The translations under genes were made by a program, and so were the position numbers. From Candidatus Poribacteria bacterium (lineage in GTDB: Bacteria; Poribacteria; WGA-4E; WGA-3G), in the NCBI GenBank assembly GCA_965205015.1, contig OZ242029.1:2208001-2272000 (forward strand): DNA of 64,000 nt. The letters are read 5' to 3'. The notes beneath the pieces were generated by a model. It worked only from the letters and a program-made list of their open reading frames with translations. It was not told the origin of the DNA and did not search any database. This document shows positions 50,661 through 59,732 of this stretch, one piece after another; position 1 is the stretch's first letter, and every line of letters starts with the position of its first letter.

Positions 50661-51830
50661 ATGGATGACACGTATCAAGTTAACCAAAACTGGGAAAAAC
50701 TTGCGAGTCGAATTGTCAAACCCCAACAGGTTGTACTTGTGATAGGGTCAACCGATGTTGGAAAATCGACCTTCTGCCGTTTTTTGGTCGATTCTGCCAT
50801 TCATCGGGGTCTGAAAACCGTTTTTGTGGATACAGATGTCGGGCAATCTCAAATCGGGCCTCCCACCACAATTGGTATGCGATCCTTTGATCCAGAAAGT
50901 TCCCCCGTCCAATTCAATGGTATTGCTGATCAGTTATATTTTGTCGGTGATTTGTCGCCACGGGGGCACTGTCTTGAAGTGCTAACAGGGACGCGATTGA
51001 TGGTAGATCGAGCGCGTGAAACCGAGGCGGATTTCATTGTCGTCGATACGAGTGGTTACATTCACGACGCACCCGCTGTTAAGCTCAAACAGCACAAGAT
51101 CGAACTCATCAGGCCTAACCACGTGGTATGCATCGGTCGTTCCAGCGAATTGGAACAGATAACCGCATGCTACGGTCAACAGGACTGGCTCAATATTCAT
51201 TACCTTCTTCCACACCAAAATGTTCGATCTAAGAGTAGCAAGGCGCGTCGCCAATACCGAAAAGCCCAATTTAATGCCTATTTTGGCGAAGCTTGCGGGT
51301 TTCCAAAACTTGCTGTTAGAAGTGGCGAGATTTGTAGGACGCCCACGTCTGGTGTTGAAAGTGACGAAGTTTGCGGGTCTCCAGAACCTGTTCTGCAAAA
51401 GTCCGAAAATAGCATCCAAGATCTACCGTTTGAACAGATTCGCGGGGAGCGCACCCCTTTCTTTATCGGACGCATCGCAAATGAGAAAGAATTGGAAATC
51501 CTCTCTCGACTCGCCGAGACGCAAATTGATTACGCCGAATGGGGGCATCGTACCTTGTGCCTCATTGCGTCAAAACCGCTTTCCAAAGCAACCACCACCT
51601 ACATCAAAAACTATTTAAGTTTGACGCGCGTCACAACAGGCGTCCGCGCATATTTTGAACGCCGTTTGATTGGCTTAATCGACACTACCGGTAATACCTA
51701 CGCCATTGGGATCATTGAAGCCGTTGATTTCCAAAAGCGAGAATTCAGTATCCGTTGTCCATTTTCAGAGGAAGGCGATATTACGAAGCAGGCATGTGTC
51801 ATCCAATTTGGTAGTTACCAATTGAGATGA
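50661..51830 (+). CDS. Clp1/Grc3/Nol9-type polynucleotide 5'-hydroxyl kinase
   Basis: GSTDVGKST, VDTDVGQS.IGPP..I, VDTSGYI, RR.YR..F..YF. Confidence 0.88.
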   Translation: MDDTYQVNQNWEKLASRIVKPQQVVLVIGSTDVGKSTFCRFLVDSAIHRGLKTVFVDTDVGQSQIGPPTTIGMRSFDPESSPVQFNGIADQLYFVGDLSPRGHCLEVLTGTRLMVDRARETEADFIVVDTSGYIHDAPAVKLKQHKIELIRPNHVVCIGRSSELEQITACYGQQDWLNIHYLLPHQNVRSKSSKARRQYRKAQFNAYFGEACGFPKLAVRSGEICRTPTSGVESDEVCGSPEPVLQKSENSIQDLPFEQIRGERTPFFIGRIANEKELEILSRLAETQIDYAEWGHRTLCLIASKPLSKATTTYIKNYLSLTRVTTGVRAYFERRLIGLIDTTGNTYAIGIIEAVDFQKREFSIRCPFSEEGDITKQACVIQFGSYQLR

Positions 51831-51866
51831 AGCAAATCCGTTGGGTGGACCTGTGGTTCGAACCTA

Positions 51867-53801
51867 ATGGACAGACTCGACATGGATAAAAAAACTTTCA
51901 CAAAGAATCCAACCTTTACTCGATTTGTCCGGTATCACGTCCCTTACACCGGTTCCCTTCTCTTGGCAATGGCTTTTGCAGTGGTAATTGCTGTGTGCGA
52001 ATTAGGGGCTGTTCAGATTTTAGCCGATACGATTAATACACTTGAAATTGTCGGTGGAAACCCTTTCGACGAGACTGTATCCATCCGGTACTTCCAGCGC
52101 GAAGGTCTGTTCGCTTTTGAGGGATTCGAGATGTTGTTGGTGGATGCTGGGGATGCTCTCAAAGCCTTCCTATGGCTGCTTGGGGGGTTGCTCATCCTCG
52201 TTTTTATCAAGGGTTTCTTCGTTTACGGCAACGATTACGTAATGGCGCGTGTCGGACACAAACTATCGTTCCGACTGCGGAACGCCCTTTACGAACGAAT
52301 CGTATCCGCAGCGTTAGGTATCTTACGCGAAGAACGCACCGGTGATCTCATGGCACGCGTCACAGACGATGTCCGAGTGTGGCAGAACCTCGTCGCCGCG
52401 ATGGCGAACATTATCCGCGCTGTTGTCCTCGTAAGTGTCTTTATCTCTGTAATGCTGATCACAAGTTTCAAACTCACCCTGTTCGTCCTGCTTATTCTTC
52501 CATTTCTTGCTTACTTCATCACGTCTATCGGCGCGCGAATTCGGGGCGCCAGCATAGAAATTCAGCAGCAGAGTGCAAATATCTATTCCCAACTCAAAGA
52601 GACACTTACCGGTATCAAAATCATCAAAAGTTTTACCGCTGAACACGCTGAAATCAAGCGCTTTGAAGCCATCAACTGGAATCAGTACTGCTCGGCGATC
52701 CGACGCGCCCGTTTCGCTGCAATTCTCCCACCAACGATCGAATGGTTGGGAGCCCTCGGGGTCGCAACTGTTTTCGGGTTAGGCTGCTGGCAAGTCATTA
52801 TAGGACAACTCTCCACAGGATGGTTTATCGGCTATGTTACAATGGTCAGTTGGATGTTCAAGCCGATTAAGACGATTGGGAACGTCAACAGTGCCTTACA
52901 ACAGTGCCTCGTCTCCGCGGAACGGATCTTTTATCTTCTCGACTTCGGACCAGAGATGCCTCAGGAGAACGACGAACGTCAGTATAATCTCCGTCCGAAA
53001 TCTGAGGACACAGCGGGCGGGATTCAACTGAAGAATATCCACGGCACCGTCACATTTCAGAATGTCTCTTTTACCTACCCGCAACCTTTAGCAACGAATT
53101 CGAAGAATCGGCACACAAGGTCGAAACCTGTTATTGACAACGTAACCTTTGGAGCAAAGCCGGGGGAAGTTGTAGCACTTGTCGGACCGAGCGGTAGTGG
53201 AAAGACAACCCTCCTTAACCTACTGTTACGTTTCTATGAGGCGAGTTCTGGGAAAATCCTGATCGACGAGGTCTCTATTTCCGAGTTAAATTTGGAGTCA
53301 TTGCGAGAAAATATTGCGCTTGTTCCACAAGACACGTTCCTATTTGATGGCACGATTTTGGAGAACATCGGCTATGGATGCCCAGATGCCACGGATGAGG
53401 CGGTTATCGTCGCGGCGAAAAAGGCAAACGCACACGAGTTTATTATGAAAACTCCGCAAGGTTATAAGACCCCAATAGGTGAGGCGGGTATGAAACTCTC
53501 AGGTGGAGAGCAGCAACGTTTATCTATCGCCCGCGCCCTCTTAAAGGATGCCCCGATTCTCATCTTAGATGAAGCCACGTCCTCATTGGATACACAGTCT
53601 GAGGCACTCATCCAAAAATCGCTGGTAAACCTAATGGAAGGGAGAACCAGTTTTATTATTGCGCATCGGCTTTCAACCGTCGTTCGGGCTGACAAAATTC
53701 TTGTTATCAAGGATGGGGAGATTCTGGAAACGGGAACACACGAAACACTATTGGCAAGTGGGGGGTTGTATCAAAAACTCTGCGAAATGCAGCTGAATTA
53801 A
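51867..53801 (+). CDS. ABC exporter, fused TMD and NBD (MsbA-like)
   Basis: TM domain, GPSGSGKTT, LSGGEQQR, ILDEATSSLD, IAHRLST. Confidence 0.93.
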   Translation: MDRLDMDKKTFTKNPTFTRFVRYHVPYTGSLLLAMAFAVVIAVCELGAVQILADTINTLEIVGGNPFDETVSIRYFQREGLFAFEGFEMLLVDAGDALKAFLWLLGGLLILVFIKGFFVYGNDYVMARVGHKLSFRLRNALYERIVSAALGILREERTGDLMARVTDDVRVWQNLVAAMANIIRAVVLVSVFISVMLITSFKLTLFVLLILPFLAYFITSIGARIRGASIEIQQQSANIYSQLKETLTGIKIIKSFTAEHAEIKRFEAINWNQYCSAIRRARFAAILPPTIEWLGALGVATVFGLGCWQVIIGQLSTGWFIGYVTMVSWMFKPIKTIGNVNSALQQCLVSAERIFYLLDFGPEMPQENDERQYNLRPKSEDTAGGIQLKNIHGTVTFQNVSFTYPQPLATNSKNRHTRSKPVIDNVTFGAKPGEVVALVGPSGSGKTTLLNLLLRFYEASSGKILIDEVSISELNLESLRENIALVPQDTFLFDGTILENIGYGCPDATDEAVIVAAKKANAHEFIMKTPQGYKTPIGEAGMKLSGGEQQRLSIARALLKDAPILILDEATSSLDTQSEALIQKSLVNLMEGRTSFIIAHRLSTVVRADKILVIKDGEILETGTHETLLASGGLYQKLCEMQLN

Positions 53802-54087
53802 TCCGAAGCGTGTTAGGAATATAGGCGAGTGAGGCGTGTAACCGCAACGCCTTTCCTGCGTAAGGTGACTCATTTATAGAAAATCACGCGTAAATTGTCG
53901 AAACGCTAAAAAAAATACAATTTGGATAAACCTCTTACCCCTTGTTAACGTCACATATATTAGAAAACGCAGTCGGTGTTATTCAATTCTTTGCAGCCTC
54001 GATCCTCGGCTGGTAGATAAGACCGGTAGATCGAGACTACAGGGATGAAATTGGTAAACACATTGGTGAAAACAAAACCGCCGCTGC

Positions 54088-54663
54088 TTAATTTCGCCCT
54101 TTTTTCGTAATAGCACCTTCAAGATCGGCTTCACGGTAGACGGCTTCAGAGAGGTCAACCTCATATAGATATGCATCTTTGAAATTAGCACCGAGCAAGA
54201 CAACACCTATCAGCTTAATTTCACCGAAAATCGCCTCTCCGAGGTTCGCGTCCTCAAAACTGGTGAGTGAACCGAAAAGTCCCGACACCTCGCATCTTGG
54301 GCAACCGAGGGTAGCGCGACGCAGGTCAGCACGTCGGAAGTTCGTACCACAGAGCAGACTGCCGCTGAGGAACGCACCACATAGATTCGCTGCTTCAAGG
54401 TTGGTATCCGTTAAATTAGAACCGACCAAATACGTCCGATGTAAGGTCGCACCGGAAAGATTCGCACCGGTGAGATTCGCATCGTTCAGGTTCGCATCTG
54501 TTAAATCCGCGTTCCGTAGGTCCGTACCGCTCAAATCCGCTTCCGACAGATCAACACCCACGAGCGGTTGATTCGCTAAATCTAAGTTTGCCAGGTTTTC
54601 ACCAGCAAGAGATTCACCGGCTTGACACTTTTTAATTATTTCATTCTGTGTGAGTTGAGCCAT
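54088..54663 (-). CDS. Pentapeptide repeat protein
   Basis: A(D/N)L..-type repeats throughout; GGAGG RBS. Confidence 0.92.
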   Translation of the reverse strand: MAQLTQNEIIKKCQAGESLAGENLANLDLANQPLVGVDLSEADLSGTDLRNADLTDANLNDANLTGANLSGATLHRTYLVGSNLTDTNLEAANLCGAFLSGSLLCGTNFRRADLRRATLGCPRCEVSGLFGSLTSFEDANLGEAIFGEIKLIGVVLLGANFKDAYLYEVDLSEAVYREADLEGAITKKGRN

Positions 54664-54867
54664 TAATTACCTGCCTCCAGTGTTATACGGCGTTTTTTGG
54701 GGGCTACTTGCAAGCCAATCATGTTATCCAGAAGATATATAAGTTATGTTTAATAGCATACCACATACGCAATTAAAAGTTAAACTTTTTTCCATAATTT
54801 TTGCTGTGTTAGGTAACCCTAAATAACATCTCGTTCGGGAGATCGAGGCTACAGTGAGGTTGAAGAA

Positions 54868-56502
54868 ATGAGAGACTATTACCCGGCATACCCAATAGAA
54901 GCTGAACTTTTTGCAGAGGATGAGGAGAGGGAAGATAACCCCACAGAATCACCAAGGGATGAGACCTTTGCGTACCTACAGAAGATAGCAAAGACCCCTT
55001 TGTTGGAGCCTGAGCAAGAAACTGCACTCTTTAAAAGATACCGAGAAGGTTTCCAGACGTTTACGAACCTGCTAAATCAACTTCCAGATTGGATGATAGT
55101 CTCGCTTAACATTGCTGAAAACAGTACTTCAGACAAAAGCCGAAAATTAGAACCCGCGCAATCAGAACACGGATTAATTATAGACCAGGTCCGCGCCGAA
55201 ATCCAAGCCCTTGGTGTCCTGTTGGAAAAATTAGAAACGAAGGCGAATTTGTTAGAACAGACACGCTGGAAAATCTTTGAAGAAAACTTATATCTCCTCC
55301 AAAAATATGTTGACCCCACTGCATCCCCTGAATTGATGCAGGTTGGAAGCCTCGGACTCTTGAAAGCTATTGACGATAGCGGCACAAAACGGGGTACGGA
55401 ATTTCGGACATACGCTCGCAAAGCGATTCGCAGCAACATCAACACCTTCAACAAAAAGACAACGAAAGTACAACAACGACAAGTTGAGTTCCCTTTAACA
55501 GAAACACATCGGATTCCCGAACTCTCTCGGATCGCAGCGGCATGTTTTGACAAAGAACAGGAGTCTTTGGCTTTTCAGGAATTCGACGTTATCCGCCATG
55601 AGGTTGAAATGCTCTTGGAAAAATTACCTGCCGATATGTTAGGCGGACGGACGACGACCTGCAAGCCGCACACACTCCGGTTTGTACTTGAAGATGTCCG
55701 AAGGGAATTTGCACACGTCAAGTGGTTGGCGGAACAATTGGAAGCGGCGGACCAAGTCACGCACGGAACGAAACTAAAAATTGTTGAAGCGAATCTGCGC
55801 CTCGTCGCCAGTATTGCCAAACAACATCACTTTAGTAAAACATCCTTGACCTTCTTGGATTTGATGCAGGAAGGTAGCCTCGGATTAATGCGAGCCGTAG
55901 ATAAGTTCGACCACACACTGCGATTCCGATTCAGCACTTACGCCACTTGGTGGATTATGCAATCTATCAAACGTGCGCTTGATCAGCAGGGACAGATGAT
56001 CCGTGTGCCATGCTATATCGGTGAAGCGCGTCGCGCCATTAAGCAGGCACAATCGGACCTGACAACCCAGCTCGGACGCGAACCCACTACGACTGAAATT
56101 GCCAAAGAAGTCGAACTTACCGAGAAAAAGGTTTCCGAAATTTTCAACGCCACAAAGGATCCGGTTCCACTTGATGCACCGATCAATGAAGACTCCCCGG
56201 ACGGCGCGTTTTCCGAATTGATTCCAGATCAATCCCAAATTACGCCTGAAAACTATTTGCTCGATTATGCAAAAGTTGAGGTTATCACAGAGGTTCTCAA
56301 CCGAACACTCAATCCGCGGGAGACACAGGTCATCATTCTGAGATACGGCTTAATGGACGGCACCGAGTATACCTTAGCCGACATTGGGGATAAACTTCGG
56401 ATTAGTCGTGAACGGGTCCGACAGATAGAGGCTGAAGCGATTGTGAAGCTCAAACGCCACGACTCAAAGACATTGCTCCGAGATCTGCTGCAAGATTTCT
56501 AA
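54868..56502 (+). CDS. RpoD-like sigma-70 factor with internal duplication of region 1.2-region 2
   Basis: YLQKIAKTPLL (1.2), ANLRLVASIAK, DLMQEGSLGLMRAVDKFD, FSTYATWWI, GREPT, TL..IG..L.ISRERVRQIE. Confidence 0.93.
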   Translation: MRDYYPAYPIEAELFAEDEEREDNPTESPRDETFAYLQKIAKTPLLEPEQETALFKRYREGFQTFTNLLNQLPDWMIVSLNIAENSTSDKSRKLEPAQSEHGLIIDQVRAEIQALGVLLEKLETKANLLEQTRWKIFEENLYLLQKYVDPTASPELMQVGSLGLLKAIDDSGTKRGTEFRTYARKAIRSNINTFNKKTTKVQQRQVEFPLTETHRIPELSRIAAACFDKEQESLAFQEFDVIRHEVEMLLEKLPADMLGGRTTTCKPHTLRFVLEDVRREFAHVKWLAEQLEAADQVTHGTKLKIVEANLRLVASIAKQHHFSKTSLTFLDLMQEGSLGLMRAVDKFDHTLRFRFSTYATWWIMQSIKRALDQQGQMIRVPCYIGEARRAIKQAQSDLTTQLGREPTTTEIAKEVELTEKKVSEIFNATKDPVPLDAPINEDSPDGAFSELIPDQSQITPENYLLDYAKVEVITEVLNRTLNPRETQVIILRYGLMDGTEYTLADIGDKLRISRERVRQIEAEAIVKLKRHDSKTLLRDLLQDF

Positions 56503-56521
56503 AGAGGATGACTATAATATA

Positions 56522-57823
56522 GTGAAAATCGCGTATTTCGACTGTTTCTCAGGTATTAGCGGCGATATGACGCTTGGTGCCCTCGTTGATGTTGGCGTAC
56601 CCTCCGAAATGCTTAGGGAGAGGTTGTCTACGCTCAAACTCGATGCCGAGTTCAGCCTACGCTTTGAAAAAGCCACGAAACACAACATTACTGGGACCAG
56701 AGCGATTGTGGAGGTGCATCCCGCACACACCTCACACGCAGATTCGCATCATGAGCATGAGCATGCCCATCACCATGCCCATGATCACGGGCATCACCAC
56801 GCTCACGGACCGACGCGTCATCTCTCCGATATTTTCACATTGCTCGATGACAGTGATTTAGATCCAGAAATTCGAAATACCGCGAAACGCGTCTTTGATC
56901 GACTCGCTGCAGCAGAAGCGAAGGTTCACAATATGAACAAAGCCGACGTTCATCTCCACGAGGTGAGTGGGATCGATTCAATTGTGGACATTGTCGGGTC
57001 TGTCATCGGTTTGGCGCATCTCGGTGTTGACGCTGTTCACGCATCACCCCTCTCTCTCGGTAGGGGTTTTGTTCGATGCGCTCACGGATTTATGCCCGTT
57101 CCTGTCCCCGGCACTATGGAACTCCTAAAAGGTGTTCCCGTTCATCAAACCGATATACCGAAGGAACTGGTAACGCCGACGGGAGCGGCGCTCATTACGA
57201 CGTTATCACAGGAATTCGGTGTCATGCCCGAAATGCGATTGGATCGCGTCGGGTACGGGGCGGGGACTCGCGACCTCGAACAACGCCCAAACCTCCTCCG
57301 GCTCTGTCTCGGTGAAAAAACCTCAAGTATCCGTTTACAAACGACCCACCCTCACGCCGAAACTGACAATGTAGACATCATTGAGACCAATGTAGACGAT
57401 ATGTCCCCAGAAATTACGGGATATGTCACCTCTCAACTCTTTGAACACGGCGCGTTTGATGTCTTTCTGACACCGATTTTCATGAAAAAGAACAGACCCG
57501 CGACACAGATAACTGTCCTCTGTCCTACTGCACACCGCGACACACTCATCGAACTCCTTCTCACCGAAACCACAACCTTTGGTGTCAGGCTCTCTTCCGC
57601 CAATCGGGTCAAACTACGGCGCGACTTCATCCAAGTCGAGACGCAATGGGGAACAATTCAAGCGAAACGTGGGTATCTCAACGGTGCCCTTATCAAGACC
57701 GTTCCGGAATATGAGGACTGCAGACGGCTTGCGGAACAAAATAGCGTCCCACTCCGACAGATCTATGCAGAGGCACTCAACAACCTTGAGCCTATTGATA
57801 TCGTAGATCGATCTAAAATCTAA
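56522..57823 (+). CDS. larC: Nickel pincer cofactor biosynthesis protein LarC
   Basis: YFDCFSGISGDM.LGA, His-rich tract, HLHEV, TPTGAA, ETNVDD, PEYEDC. Confidence 0.93.
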   Translation: MKIAYFDCFSGISGDMTLGALVDVGVPSEMLRERLSTLKLDAEFSLRFEKATKHNITGTRAIVEVHPAHTSHADSHHEHEHAHHHAHDHGHHHAHGPTRHLSDIFTLLDDSDLDPEIRNTAKRVFDRLAAAEAKVHNMNKADVHLHEVSGIDSIVDIVGSVIGLAHLGVDAVHASPLSLGRGFVRCAHGFMPVPVPGTMELLKGVPVHQTDIPKELVTPTGAALITTLSQEFGVMPEMRLDRVGYGAGTRDLEQRPNLLRLCLGEKTSSIRLQTTHPHAETDNVDIIETNVDDMSPEITGYVTSQLFEHGAFDVFLTPIFMKKNRPATQITVLCPTAHRDTLIELLLTETTTFGVRLSSANRVKLRRDFIQVETQWGTIQAKRGYLNGALIKTVPEYEDCRRLAEQNSVPLRQIYAEALNNLEPIDIVDRSKI

Positions 57824-58034
57824 ACTTGCCTTTCACCTATTTCCTCCCGTTTCACATACGCCAGAAGGTTGATTTTATCTTTTTTAAGCCTTTTTGCCGA
57901 AAATCCGCCTCTTTATAACCGTAGCGATGCCTGAAAAAATTAGGAAACCCGATTGGACTGTAAGACCCATCGGGGCAAAAGCGCGATGGTTAGAAAAATG
58001 AATTTTCAAGTAAAAACAAGGTTTATATAAGTCA

Positions 58035-58123
58035 GGACTTACGCAATTTGCGGGTGATACGCTATAGTTCACACGCCGCTGGCGAGGTTTGAAACCTCGC
58101 CAGCATAGAGGCTGCGTAAGTCC
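58035..58123. mobile_element. 89-bp MITE with terminal inverted repeats and target-site duplication
   Basis: GGACTTACGCA / TGCGTAAGTCC TIRs; TATAAGTCA at 58026-58034 and 58124-58132; internal REP palindrome. Confidence 0.8.
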
Positions 58124-58154
58124 TATAAGTCAGAAAAAGTGCAACTATAGTGAA

Positions 58155-58203
58155 TTTGAAAAATAAATAGACACCTTGTAGGGGCAGGTCTTGTACCTGC
58201 CCG
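58155..58203 (+). repeat. GTAG REP-like element sharing its flank with the 8018 array
   Basis: AAAAATAAATAGACA(C/T)CTTGTAGGGGC at both loci; GGGCAGGT-cttgt-ACCTGCCC stem. Confidence 0.75.
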
Positions 58204-58373
58204 CCAATACACCTGTGATTCTTTAAATCAGCACTTGCGTGAAACATGTTGAATCCGTTGAAAGTGCATCCAAAGGTCTGTATTAATGGGTATCGGGCTT
58301 CGGTTAAAAGGGTTTGTGGCAGACAAACGTTTGCAACTGCCACACGTCCCACCTACAACTGAGAACTATAACA

Positions 58374-59642
58374 ATGAAATTTCGTGACGCTATCACCGCA
58401 GGTATTGCGCACCTTGCCCAAAATAAACTCCGTGCCGGTTTGTCCATTCTCGGTATCTTCATCGGGATTGCGAGTGTGCTTTGCATGATCGCAATCGGCG
58501 ACGGTGCGAAACTTATTGTCGCCCAGGACATCGAAACACTCGGTGGCGCAAACCAAGTCCAGTTCTGGACCCGGACCTCTATCTGGAAACGTCGACGGTT
58601 CGTTCGGCGCACCACCGAGCGATATACCCTTGAGGACGCTCTGGCTATTGAGGCAGAATGCCCGAATGTTCTGTATGTCCTGCCCAAACACGAAGGCTAC
58701 GAGACGTTCGTGACCAGCCGAAACGGAAACCAAGCCAGGCCGCTTCTGGAAGGTGTTACCGCAGACTACGCACACGGTATGAGATGGAAGCTGCAAGCGG
58801 GCAGATTCCTTTCCGAGGGCGATATTGAAAACGCAAAGCAGGTGTGTGTCTTGGGGGCCGATACCGCGACTGAACTGTTTGGAGAGGAATCCCCAATTGG
58901 ACAGGAGGTAAAGGTCCGGTATCATTGGCGGGGAGCGATGGTGAGGTTACGGGTCGTAGGGGTGATGAAAACAAAGGGACGTAGCCTCAGTTTCGGGTGG
59001 TATTCTTTAGATGATGCTTTATGTGTGCCGCTAACAACATACCAGCAACGGATCACGGGTACCCGCTATCTTGAAGACATGGTCGTCTTTTTTGAAAAGG
59101 GTACGGAGATTGAAAGTATCATTGATTCAGTCAAGCAGATTCTGCGTAAGAGACATCGGGGAAAAGATGACTTTATCGGCTATTGGATAGCAAAATGGAC
59201 AGCCAGGCGACTTGAACACATTGAAAAAGTGATAAAAATTACTTTGGGGAGTATTGCCGGCTTTTCGCTCTTTGTCAGTGGCATTGGCATCATGAATATA
59301 TGTCTCGTCTCTGTTGGTGAGAAGACGCGAGAGATAGGCTTGCGGAAATCGGTGGGTGCGAAACGGATTCACATTTTCTATCAATTCTTGACGGAATCGA
59401 TCTGTCTGTGTTTGTGTGGCGCGGTACTCGGTATTGCAGGAGGCTGGTTAGCCGCACACGGTATGGCGCAACTTGCTGTTCGCATTGTAAAGGTTGTGCC
59501 AGAATGGCCCGTTGTCCTCTCTGTACCGTGGATATCGACGTCCGTTATCTTCTCAATTTTCATGGGCATCACTTTCGGGGTCTATCCAGCAATACTCGCA
59601 GCGCAACTTTCACCGATTGAGGCACTCCGCACCGAAAATTAG
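58374..59642 (+). CDS. ABC transporter permease (MacB/FtsX-like)
   Basis: NKLRAGLSILGI.IG, GIGIMNI.LVSV.EKTREIGLRKSVGA, GVYPA..AA.L.PIEALR. Confidence 0.93.
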   Translation: MKFRDAITAGIAHLAQNKLRAGLSILGIFIGIASVLCMIAIGDGAKLIVAQDIETLGGANQVQFWTRTSIWKRRRFVRRTTERYTLEDALAIEAECPNVLYVLPKHEGYETFVTSRNGNQARPLLEGVTADYAHGMRWKLQAGRFLSEGDIENAKQVCVLGADTATELFGEESPIGQEVKVRYHWRGAMVRLRVVGVMKTKGRSLSFGWYSLDDALCVPLTTYQQRITGTRYLEDMVVFFEKGTEIESIIDSVKQILRKRHRGKDDFIGYWIAKWTARRLEHIEKVIKITLGSIAGFSLFVSGIGIMNICLVSVGEKTREIGLRKSVGAKRIHIFYQFLTESICLCLCGAVLGIAGGWLAAHGMAQLAVRIVKVVPEWPVVLSVPWISTSVIFSIFMGITFGVYPAILAAQLSPIEALRTEN

Positions 59643-59732
59643 CAATCGGCAGAATAGCGGTCAGTAGAAGCGGGTATCGTTTAGCAAAGGTTTCCTCTTT
59701 GCTGGTGGCTGATGGCTGATGGCTGACGGCTA
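59640..59732. repeat. Heptamer-armed hairpin element between convergent genes
   Basis: TAGCAATCGGC...GCTGATGGCTGATGGCTGACGGCTA; starts at the permease stop and encodes the RecQ tail. Confidence 0.7.

Noticed and set aside
54179-54571. 130-aa plus-strand ORF with RFA repeats
   Set aside because: Antisense shadow of the pentapeptide repeat gene.
57824-58373. Small ORFs and an N-terminal extension of the permease
   Set aside because: The interval is a stack of repeats and a MITE; homology motifs begin at ATG 58374.
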